Notes under the pieces: model-generated
What the model was told of the DNA's origin: nothing
The model's database searches: none
Seen by the model: the letters and a program-made list of their open reading frames with translations, nothing else
In this document: one piece after another, positions 38,427-49,164 of the stretch
How the letters are laid out: every line of letters starts with the position of its first letter
Numbering within the stretch: position 1 is the first letter of the stretch
NCBI GenBank assembly: GCA_963734495.1
Contig: CAVTHK010000011.1
Coordinates: 128,001-192,000, forward strand
DNA from: an uncultured Spirochaetota bacterium
GTDB taxonomy: Bacteria; Spirochaetota; Spirochaetia; SZUA-6; CAVTHK01
Direction: 5' to 3'
Length of the DNA stretch: 64,000 bases
Program-made: the position numbers and the translations under genes

Positions 38427-40569
38427 GTGACGAGCCACGGAGAAGAGGCCGCTTTCTCCCAGGGGTACTGGCACATCATCTGGCGCCGCAGGGCGCTCAT
38501 CGGGGTGTTCGTGACGGTGGTCACCGCCGGCGTGGCCGTCGGAAGCTTCCTGATGACTCCCGTCTACGAGGCGACCGTGGTGCTCAACATCCGGGAGCAG
38601 AGGCCTTCGATCCTGGGGAGCGACCTGGGCGGCGGCTTCGAGCCGTTGTCGAGCCGCGAAGACATCAACACGCAGATCGAGATCATCAAGAGCCGGAGCG
38701 TCCTCGAAAAGGTGATCGCGGCGCTCCACCTGGGCGGGACGCCCGTCGGAGCGACCGTGGTCAGGCAGCGGGAGGCGGCGCGCGAGGCCCTCGACCGCGT
38801 GCGCCGGGACATTTCCGTGCGCCAGGTGCCCAACACGCGGCTCATCAGCCTCTCGGCGCGCTCCACCGACCCGGATCTCGCCGCGCAGATCGCCAACGCG
38901 ATCGCCGCCGTATTCATCGACAAGAACGTGGAGTCCAAGCGCGGGGAGGCGAACGCCGTTCTCGCCTTCGTCTCCGGACAGGCCGAACAGGTGCGGGGGC
39001 AGCTCAACAGGACCGAAGAGGACCTGCTCGCGTACAAGAAAGGCGAGCGCATCGGAATCCTGGACCAGGAAGCGAAGCTCATGGTGGAGCGGCTCGCGCA
39101 GCTCGAAGCTTCCACGCAGGAGGCCCAGGTGGGCGTCGAGGTGCTCGACACGCGGATCGCGGCGATCCTCGGCACGTCCGGGACGACGCGCCCGCCTCTG
39201 GCGGCTGACGCGGCGCCGAGCGCCGGCCCGGTGCGCGAGCGCCTCACCGCGCTGCAGGCGCAGCTTGCGAGGCTCGAGGCCGACAAGACGGACCGCAGCG
39301 CCGAGATCGCGGACCTCACGGCCCAGGTCGACTCGCTGCGCGGCGAGGTGCGGTCGGAGCTCCAGAGCGTCCTAGGCAAGGGGAGCGCGGGCGCGCTGGG
39401 CACCGCCATCCAGATGCAGCTCGCCGACTACGAGTCGCAGCGCGTCGTGCTCAAGGCGAGGCAGGAGGCCCTCGGCGGCCTGATCAAGCTCTACGAGCTG
39501 GACGTCGACCGCCTCCCCGTTCAGGAGATCGCCCTCGTCAGGCTCGAGCGGACCCAGCGGATCAACAACGAGCTGTACGCCGCCCTGATGAAGGCCAAGA
39601 ACGAGGCGCAGGTCGAGGCCGCGAGCCAGATCGCCAACGCCGACATCGTGGACGCCGCCATCCCGCCCCTCGACCCGGTGCGCCCCAGAAAGCAGCAGAA
39701 CATCGCCGTCGCGCTCATAGCGAGCCTGGTCCTGGGGATGATCCTGGCCCTTGTGCTGGACGCCCTGGATCAGACCGTGCAGACCGAGGAGGAGGTCAGG
39801 CACGGCCTGGGGGCTTCGATCCTCGGCATCATCCCGCGCTTCCGGGCCAACAGCGGGCCGCGCAGGAACGGCCGCTCCGGCGAGACGCGCTCGATCTTTT
39901 TCAACGGCCACGAGACGGACCCGGGCGTCACCGAAGCATTCCGCATGCTCGCCGCCAACCTGCTCCTGCTGGACGGTAAGGGTGAGGCCTCCATCGTCGT
40001 GGTCACCAGCCCGGCGCCCGGAGACGGCAAGACGACCGTGGCCGCGAACCTCGCCCTTGCGCTCACGGCGCAGGGCTCGCGAGTCGTGCTCGTCGACGCC
40101 GACTTCAGGATGCCCAGGGTGCACGAGGTCTTCGGGCTCTCCCGAACGCCCGGGATCGCCAACGTGTTCCTGCAAGGATCGAGCTGGCGCGACGTCGTCC
40201 GCACGATCGCAGGGCCTGTCCCGCTGGACGTGGTGACCAGCGGGCCGCCGCTCGCCGCCGGCACGGAGGTCGCGGTGTCTTCCAGGATGGCCGCCGTCGT
40301 CCGCGAGCTCAAGCAGAGCTACGACCGCGTCATCCTCGACGTGCCGCCCCTGGTCGGGGCCACCGACGCGGTGGTCCTGGCTTCGGGCGCGGACGGCGCC
40401 CTGCTCGTCGTCAGGCTCAAGCAGCTCGACCGGAGGCTCCTGCGGAGGACCCGGGAGCCTCCTCGGAAACGCCCGCGTCCGCGTGATGGGAGGCGTGCTC
40501 AACGGCGTCAATCCGCGCGAGCTCGCCTACGGCTACTACTACGCCCTGGAGCGCGAGGCTGAAGGTTGA
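38427..40569 (+). CDS. wzc: Polysaccharide co-polymerase / BY-kinase (frameshift near 40455)
   Basis: TPVYEAT, TQIEIIKSRSVL, coiled coil, PVRPRK plus TM, EAFRML, SPAPGDGKTT, VDADFR, ILDVPP; alternative frame ends GGVLNGV...YGYYY-ALEREAEG at 40569. Confidence 0.88.
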
Positions 40570-41414
40570 CGATTCCCGAGGTGCCGCTGGAGACCCTGGG
40601 CTGCCGCGTTCATCGGCTCGGCATCCGGTCCGCGGCGCAGTGGATGGCGGAGCTGGTCGGCATCGGCGGGGGCCGTCACCAGGTGGCGCTCGTTGCGGTT
40701 CACACGGTGATGAGCGCCCGCAGGGATCGCGCGCTGCAGGCGGTGTACCGGGGCGCTTCGCTGGCCTTCGCCCACGGCGTCTCGCTGCTCTGGGCCTCGC
40801 GGCTCCTGGGGAGGCCGATACCGGGCCGGGTCCCCGGGCGCAGATCTGCTGAGCGCGTTTGCGCGTATTGCCGCTGCCAAGGGATACACTTTCTATCTGA
40901 TGGGATCGGGTCCCGGACAGGTGGCAGCATCGCTCGTGCGCGACAACCCTGCCCTCAGGGTCGTGGGGACGAGCGATCCGCCCTTCTGCCCGCAGTTGCC
41001 TCCGGAGGTCAACAGGTCGATCATCGAAGATATCAACCGCGTGAAGCCCGACGTTCTCTGGGTCGGTCTGGGCGCTCCCAAGCAGGACCGCTGGATCGCG
41101 GAGAACCTCGGTGAGCTGCAGGTCCGTCTGCTCGGCGTCGGTGCCGCGTTCGATTTCTGCAGCGGACGCATCAAGCGGGCTCCCCGGTGGATGCAGAGCC
41201 TGGGCCTGGAGTGGTTCTTCCGGTTCCTGATGGAGCCCAGACGACTCTTCAGGCGGTATTTCGTCGAGGCGGCGCCGTTCCTGCCCCTCGTGGCGATGCA
41301 GCGGCTGCGCGAGCCCCATCGCGTGGACGGAGGCCGCCGCGCGGCCGTGGGGCGGAAGAGCGGCCGCTCGTCGTCTCCGGCGAGGGCGGCGAGCGCCGAG
41401 GAAGCGACGAATGA
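40566..41414 (+). CDS. WecB/TagA/CpsF glycosyltransferase (frameshifted; 3' end uncertain)
   Basis: GRVPG, PDVLWVGLGAPKQDRW, GVGAAFDF, RAPRWMQSLGLEWFFRFLMEPRRL. Confidence 0.8.
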
Positions 41415-42662
41415 GCAGAAAGATCGTTGTGTTGTTCTCTCTGGCGCTGGCTTTGCCGGCGCGCGTCGCTTCCGTCGACGTGCTGCTCTCGGAGATCGCG
41501 GTGGTTCCCGCCACCGCGGCCTCTTCCGCAGCTGTCGCCGAGATGAATGCCCGGTCGGCGCCGTTCGCCTGCTTCACACCGAGCTCATCGGCGTTCATCG
41601 GAGGCGCTGGCCTACCGATCGATGATCGACGCTTCGGTCGCCGCTGTGCCCGGCCCCGCCGAGATGGTCAGCAACGAGCTCCAGGCGCTCGCCGCCTGCG
41701 TCTTCTACAGGATGCCCATATCCTGTACGGGAGCATCGTGGTGGACACGGCTGCCGGCATCTACCAGGCTCTCCTCAAAGGGTCGACAGTCGCGACAGCC
41801 ACGCGGTGACCGAAGTCAGGCATTCGGCCGCTTCGCCGAGCGCGGATGCTTTCATCCGGGACCTGGCGGTGTTGTCGCATCAGCAGCTCGCGCTCGTGCT
41901 GCTCGCCGGCGGTCGAGGCCTTCCAGGCGGTGCCGTTCCTGCCGCTCGCCGCCGCCGGCCGCCCTGGTGCTCCTGCTGGAGGCACCTCCTGCCGCCGTGC
42001 GCCGCCCGCAGCGGTGGCTCCGGCCCCGGGTGGGGCTGCCGCCGTAGTACCCCCTCCCGCGGCGGCCGCCCGCCCGTGCCGCCGGTCGCGTCGGCGGGCG
42101 GGGTGTTGCCTCAAGCGCCTCAGGCGCCGCGGCGCGGCAGCTCGGAGGTCGGCTTGGACCTCGCCCTGGGGAACTTCTGGCCCATCGAGGAGGAGTGGGG
42201 CGACCTCAAGCCGCGGACGATGCTCGAGTCCGGCTTCAAGGCGGGCTTTTCCGTGTTCCGAACGAGAGTCATCCAGATCGAGGCTCAAGAACCCGGACTT
42301 CTGTTCAACTATGCATTCTCCACGAACGAGCCCGAAGCGCTGATCGTGCACTACCACACCTTGAACCCGCGCATCCCTCTGGAGCTGTGTCTCGGCGTGG
42401 GTGACCGTTGGAACTTCTGGGTGGGCGGCGGTCCCGAATACCGGGTGGACATCATCGACTTCGAGACGAGCACCCTGGAGTTCGTCACGGATATCGCGTA
42501 CGCGTTCGGCGTCTTCGGGAGTGCCGGCATCGAGGTCTTTCTGGGCAGCTGAGGACGGTGGCGATCGGGATCTCCGACGCGCTCGACGTGACGTTCTTTG
42601 CCGACAGGCGGATACGCAATGGCATCTTCGGAACCGTCACGGTCTACAAGCCCTCCAGGTGA
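41411..42662 (+). CDS. Exported protein with probable C-terminal beta-barrel domain (several frameshifts)
   Basis: Signal peptide MSRKIVVLFSLALALPARVAS; Pro-rich linker; alternating strands WNFWVGGGPEY, FGVFGSAGIEVF, apparently continuing in another frame to 42662. Confidence 0.5.
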
Positions 42663-42764
42663 GAAGGCTCAGGGTCATGCGCCGGCTCAACGGGGAGCGT
42701 GCCGCCGCCGGGCTGCCGCCTGACACACCCCGCCCGGGCTGATCGCTGAAACGGAGCTCGACCG

Positions 42765-44235
42765 TTGCAGTGGACGAAGGCCAAAGTCGTGAAGCTCTCG
42801 GTCGTGGCTCTCTACAACTCCGTGTCCCTCCTGGCGACGTGCGCGCTGACTGAGCTCCTGATCCGCTACCACTTCGCGGGCTCGGGGAACGCCGGCCGCC
42901 TGTTCCTCGCCTGCCTCTTCGCCGTCTATCTCGTGTTGATGTGGCGCGATCTCTACGCCCGCAGCTATCACTACTACCTGCGGCACACTTACCGGATCGT
43001 GGTCCGCAATTCCCTGGTCTCCGCCGCCGCGGCTCGCTCTTTGTGACGGCGACGTCCGCCGTCCATCCCTTCCTGCCGTATCTCGGGGCCTATCTGGCCG
43101 CGGGCCTGGTGAGCCTCTCCCTGATGCACGTGCTGGAGTTCGCCTGGATTCGCCACCTGAGCCAACTGGGCTACTTCCGCAGGAACGTCCTCACCGTAGG
43201 CTGCGCCGACGAGCGCCTGCCGCTGCAGCAGTATTTCCAGGATGTCGGCCGCACGAGGCGGTACATAGGGTCGGTGCGCCCAGGCAACGGAGCGTGGCTG
43301 TGGAGGCCGGCGGGGGAGGGGAAGTACCGCTCCGCCGCCTGACCGCCGACCTCAAGCGCATCATCCTCCGGGAGAGGGTCGCCCAGGTCCTGTTCCTGCT
43401 CGGGCCCGGAGTGGATAGGGAGCTCCTCAGGGAGATGACGCGGTATTGCCGCGCCCTTTCGATCGGATACTACCTGGTGGCCGACGTCGCGGAGGTCCCG
43501 GATATCGACCGGCGGAACGCGGTGAGCCGGGACCATCGCGCGCAAGCGCAGGAGCCCCCGGGCGTCCCGTTCGATTACGTGCCGGTCGTCGAGGCGTACT
43601 CGGCAGCGAGGGACTCTCTGACGAGCATATCGCTCAAGCGCATCATGGACATCGCCGTGGCGACGCTGTCGCTCGTGTGCTTTCTTCCGCTTTGGCTGCT
43701 CATCGCCTTCGCCATCAGGGCCGAGGACGGAGGGCCCGCCCTCTACGTGTCGACGAGGGTGGGCAAGGACGGCAGGCCCATCAGGTTCTACAAGTTCCGC
43801 ACGATGGTCGTGGGCGCAGACGCGCGCAAGGCTCAGCTCCTGCCCTACAACGAGCGGGGCGACGGGCCCCTGTTCAAGATGCGCAGGAGCCCGCGGGTCA
43901 CCCGCGTCGGCGCCGTCCTGCGGCGCCTCAGCATGGACGAAGTCCCCCAGCTCCTGAATGTCCTGCTCGGCAACATGAGCCTGACCGGCCCCAGGCCCCA
44001 GCTGCCGGAAGAGGTGGCCTGCTACGAGGACAGTGACTATCTCAGGCTGGAATGCATGCCGGGGATCGTCGGCCTGCCCCAGGTTACCGGCCGGGACACC
44101 CTGGGGTTCAGGGAGTGGATGGACCTCGACCTGAGGTATCGCAGGGAATGGTCCGTCGTCCTGGACGTGAAGATCGCCCTTCGAGCCCTGAGGATCGTCC
44201 TGCTGGCGTGGTTCCGACGAACGAGCGAGCCCTGA
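42765..44235 (+). CDS. Priming polyprenyl-phosphate sugar transferase (WcaJ-like; frameshifts near 43040 and 43335)
   Basis: N-terminal TMs; [51 protein letters not shown]. Confidence 0.88.
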
Positions 44236-44237
44236 CG

Positions 44238-45957
44238 ATGACCGTCGAGCGGCGGACCGGCGCCCTTCTTCTGTTTGTCCTGCTCCTCCTGTCAGGCATC
44301 CCGCCGGCCCGGGCCCAGACCCACCTCGCGATCGGCCTGGACACGTCCACGTACACCCTGCTCGAGCTGCTGGAGCTCAAGGGGATGCTCTCGCGCCTGT
44401 CGGCGATGCGGCCGTATCCCGCGAGCGCCGTGGTCAGAGATACCTCGAACAGGCAGGCAGGCACGCCGACCGCCTCACCGCTCGTGAACGAGCGATCCTG
44501 TCGGCAGAGCTCGAGGCCCTGACCGCGGAGCGTGCGGGCCCGACGTACGGCAACCTGCGGAACCAGGGAGCACAGACGCCGGTCAGCGTGGGGATCGAGG
44601 AGAGGTCACATCTCAGCGCAGACCTCGCGAACCCGGGCGTGTGGGACATGCGCAACGCGCTGCGCTTCTACATCCTCGGGGATCTCGGCGGCTCGCTGTC
44701 GTACAAGGGTCTCGTGGGGTTCACGCTGGACAAGGCCGACGAGAACGCCTGGCCCCTTATGGGTTCACCAAGGAGTGGGACGGCTTCCACATCACTCCCG
44801 ACGATCGCTACAACGAAGGCCTGGGCCCCTGGCCGGCCGTGGGGTTCCAGCTCGAATCCGAGATAGCGGCGCGCCTGGTGGGCGGTGCGGTCCTGCTGGA
44901 CGCGGGCCGTTTCAGAAGGGAGTGGGGCCCCGGCGACGGCTCGCTGTCGCTTTCGGGGACGGCGAGGCCTTTCGACCGCGATCTCGGTCCACGTCGCCCG
45001 CGCCGTCGGTGGCGCTATCGCGAATGTCGTCGGTTCCCTGTCCGACTGGCAGCGGGAGCGGGAGACCAGGGAGGCGGGCACGCCCCTCTCCTATCAGAAG
45101 ATGCTCAGCATCGGAATGCTCGAGCTCTTTCCCTGGGACTGGCTCACCGTCACGGCAACCGCTTCGGCAATCTGGGGAAAGCGCTTCGAGCTCGGATACC
45201 TCGACCCCCTCATGTACTCGGTTCTCTACCAGAACATAGTCTCATGGGGGATTACGACAACATGACGCAGGCGGTCGGCTTCGCGCTGACGTTTCCCGGT
45301 ATCGGGCGCGCCTACTTCACGTTCCTCGCCGACGAGATGGAATTCTCCCGGGCTGAGCGAGTTCCTGCGAAGCCCCCGCAACATGGTGGCCTACCAGGCG
45401 GGCTTCAAGACGGCGCTTCCTCGACTGCCTTTTGCCCTGCTCGTGCTCCAGTACACAAGGATAGAGCCGTTCACGTACACCCACTACGATGCGACGCTCC
45501 CCATGTACAGCATCCCCGTGTCGATGAGCTACGCGAACGACTCCGAGAACCTCGGCTATCACCTGCTCCGAACTCCGACGAGCTCCTCGTGGCCCTGGAC
45601 TGGCTGGCGCTTCCCGGCGTCCGCCTGGGGCTCCGCTACCAGCTCATCCGTCACGGCGACCACCCCGGGTCCGCGGCGGACGCACCCGTGATCCAGGGCG
45701 ACATCAACAGGCCGTTCGTCTGGTCGAAGGAGTCGCTCTACCCCGACAAGAAGTTCCTCGAGGACGGGCTCTACGACTGGAACAACGCCGTGACCGTCTC
45801 CTGCGCCTGGGACTTGACCGGCCTGCCTGTCTGTCTCTCCGCGAGCGCCACAGTGGCCCACACGAGGTGGGACGCGAACGAAAGCGGCGAGTCGGAGCCG
45901 GACGCGCGGTGGCGGGCCATCATCGGCCTGGGGCTGGAGCTGTTCAGGAATCGATGA
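44238..45957 (+). CDS. Wzi-like capsule assembly outer-membrane protein (multiple frameshifts)
   Basis: Signal peptide; LSAMRPY, GRFRREWGPG..SLSLSG.ARPF, YLDPL, DN, YTRIEPFTYTH, LGYHL.PNSDE spread over frames; C-terminal LGLELF. Confidence 0.6.
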
Positions 45958-46665
45958 TGGAAGGAAGAAGGCGGCCCCGGCGGCCCCCGCCCGCGTCGTG
46001 GAGGGTCGACCGAATCGCCGCGCGCGCGCAAGCGTTCATGAGTCGCGCGCGCTCCCTCGGCCGCGAACCCGCCGAGCGGAAACGGTCCGGGTGCATGGCG
46101 GCGCCCACGACGACGTCCACGCGCGGGGGGAGAAAGGCGGCCTCGCGGCCGAGGAGCCTCCGGGGCGTGGCGACGATGACGACCGGCACGAACAGGGAAT
46201 CCCCGTCAGCACCGAGAGCAGGAAGACGCCGTCTTGGAATCCCGAGACGTCGCGCCTGCCGCGGCGAAGCTTTCCCTCAGGGAAGAAGTGAACGAAACCG
46301 TGGCAGGCGGCGGCGCGCTCGATGGGAGACCGCAGCCGCTCGATCGGGTGCTTGGTCGGGAGCGGGAACGCGCCGAGTAGTCGTATGTAGGTCCCGAGCA
46401 CCGGTATGGCGAAGGTCCTCTGCATCGCCGAGAAGAGGGTCCTCCTCGGCCGCAGGGCATGGGCGATGATCCCGGGGTCGAGGGTCATGGAGTGATTGCT
46501 CACGAGCAGCGCCCGCGGGAGGCGGAGGTTCCGCCGGCCGTGAATCCGCAGGCCGAAGAACGCCTGGTCGAAGGCGACCACGATCAGCAGCGTCAGCCCG
46601 AAGACGAGCGACGAGGCGAGCCTGAAGGAGGCGGAAAAGTCGATGGGGGACCTGCTGCTGGTCAT
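45944..46665 (-). CDS. Lysophospholipid acyltransferase (PlsC-like; frameshift near 46195)
   Basis: VSNHSMTLD (HX4D), GAFP, FFPEG motifs. Confidence 0.8.
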
Positions 46666-46763
46666 CGCGCACGGGCACGGTAGCGGCTGCCGGCGATGCA
46701 GTCAACGGATCCGCGGTGCTTGATCCCGCGGCTCGTGTCTGAAAGGATCAGGGCGTGACGTGC

Positions 46764-48038
46764 ATGGACGGCGCGGGGGCCCGGGCCGGGCGCGCTCGAG
46801 CGGTGCCTGGCTCGTGAGGGGCGGCGTGCCAGCGTTGCCGATCAGGCGATGGTCGCCGGCGCCAACTTCGTCCTGAACATCCTCCTGGCCCGATGGCTCG
46901 AGCCCGCCGAGTACGGCGCGTACGCCCTTGTCTATTCGTTGTTCCTTCTGTTCGCGACCTTTCACACCGCGGTGCTCACCGAGCCGATGCTCGTGTTCGG
47001 CCCGGGCAGGTCGCCGGCCGCTCAGAAAGTACCTGGGCGTCCTCGTCGCCGGGCACGCAGCGCTGATGGTGCCGATCGGGCTGCTCACGCTCTGCGCCGC
47101 GGCAGCGCTGGGGCGCCTGATCTCCTCCGAGGCGCAGCGGGCGATGTCCGCGCTCGCCCTCGCCGGGCCGCTCGTCCTGCTGCTCTGGCTCTTTCGCAGG
47201 GCGCTCTACGTCATCGTGAAGCCGGAGTGGGCGTTGCTGGGGGCGGGCGGCTACTTCGTCCTCTTGATCGCGGCCGCTGTCGCTCTCGAGGCGGCCGGCA
47301 GGATCGCCCCCGCAACGGCCTTCCTGGCGATGGGCGCGAGCGCGCTGGTGGTGAGCCTGCTGCTGGCCGGCCGCCTCCGCCCGTCATGGGCGGCCGCGGC
47401 GATCCGGACGCCCGCTCCGTCGCTCGGGAGCACTGGAAGTACGCGCGCTGGTCCCTGGCCTCGGCCGCCTTGACCTGGGTCCCCGGAAACGTGTATTTCG
47501 TGCTTCTTCCCGCCTGGCTGGGTCTCAGGGGACTGCCGCCCTGCGCGCGCTCGCCAACCTGGTTCTGCCGGTCACGCACGCCATCGGCGCGCTTTCTCTC
47601 CTGCTCGTGCCGCTGCTGGGCCGCCGCGCGCGCGAAGGAAAAGAGGCGATGGCCCGCACGATGCGCGTCTTCCTGACGCTCTTTCTCTCGGGAGCGGCTG
47701 CCTGCGAAGCAGGGCTGTTCGTCTTCAGGCGCCAGTTGTTCCAGTTGCTGTACGCGGGCAGATACGCGCAGGAGGCGCATCTCGCGCCGGTCGCAGGCCT
47801 GCTGGGGTTCCTGGCTGCGATGATCTCGGTGCACGGCGCGGCGCTGAGAGTCCTGGAGCGGCCGGACCGGGTGTTCTGGACCTACGTGGCCTCGAGCGCA
47901 GTCGCAGTCGCAAGCGGCGTTCCCCTGGCCAAGCGCTTCGGGATCGCCGGCGCTCTGGGGGGGCTGCTGCTCTCGTCCGCGACCACGGCCGCAGTCATGT
48001 GGCTGTTCTCCCGGCGCCTGCGGGAAAGCCGGTCCTGA
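46764..48038 (+). CDS. wzx: Wzx-like polysaccharide flippase (frameshifted; start uncertain)
   Basis: DQAMVAGANFVLNILLARWLEPAEYGAYA, many TM helices across ORFs 46849, 46928 and 47607, ending FGIAGALGG. Confidence 0.7.
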
Positions 48039-49164
48039 TGCGCATCGCCCATTTCGGCCTCGGCCGGTGCAACCCCGACAGCGCCAACGGAGTGGACAAG
48101 GCCGTCTACCACCTGAGCATGACTCAGGCGGCGCTCGGCGGCACGGTTGCGCTGTTCGAGCTCACCGCCAAGGACCCGATCCCGATCCCCGGGGTCGACG
48201 TCAGGTGCTACTCTTCTGCCTTCGGGGTGCCCGCGAGACTGCTCGCCGACCTGCGACAGTGGAGGCCGGACGTCGTCCATCTGCACTCCGTGTTCTCCCC
48301 GGCCGTCGCGGTCCTGGCCCGCTGGCTGCGCCGGCGCGGGCTGTCCTATGCCCTCACGATCCACGGCTCGCTTTCGCGCGACGTGCTGAGGCGCAAGCGT
48401 CTGCTCAAGCTGGCGTACAAGCCGATATTCGCGCTGCCGACGCTGAACGGCGCCGCCTTTGTCCATGCTCTTTCCGAGAGTCACGGCCTGCGCGAGTACG
48501 GCGTGCGGACGCCGGTCGTGATCGCCCCGAACGGGATCGATTCCGGCGCCATCTCCGCGGCCCCGAGCTCTGAGCTGCTCGTGTCGCGCTACCCGCAGAC
48601 GCGGGGAAAGCGGGTGTTCCTGTTCATGGGCCGCCTCGACGCGCGGTACAAGGGGCTGGACCTACTCCTGCGGGGCCTCGCCCTGGCCTCGCTGCCGGAT
48701 GCCGTCCTGGTGCTGGTGGGCCCCGCTTCGCGCAGGCAGCACGACTCGCTCGCGCGGCTGGCCCGCAGGGTGGGCATCGGGGGGCAGGTGATCTTCAACG
48801 GGGCGGAGTTCGGCCGGGCCAAGCTCGACCTTCTTCAGGCGCGGACGTCTTCGTGCTCTGCTCGCGCACCGAGGGGCTGCCGATGGCCGTCCTGGAGGCG
48901 GCGGCCTACGCGAAGCCGTGCCTCGTGAGCCCCGCGGCGAACCCGGCAGGGATCATCGAGAGCTGCGACGCGGGAATCCAGGTGCAACTCGCGCCCGCGA
49001 GCATCGCCGAAGGGTTGAGGCGCTTCGCTCGCGCCTCCGGGCTCGAGCTCGCTCGGATGGGGCGGAACGCGCGCCGGATGGCGGAGAGGGAGTTCCGCTG
49101 GGAGAGAACAGCCGCGCTTCTTGGAGAGGCTTATGCCGCCTATGCACGAAGATCCGAGAGCTAA
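48038..49164 (+). CDS. GT4-family glycosyltransferase (frameshift near 48840)
   Basis: PDVVHLH, TIHG, PNGID, FMGRL...KGLDLL, SRTEGLPMAVLEA. Confidence 0.87.
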
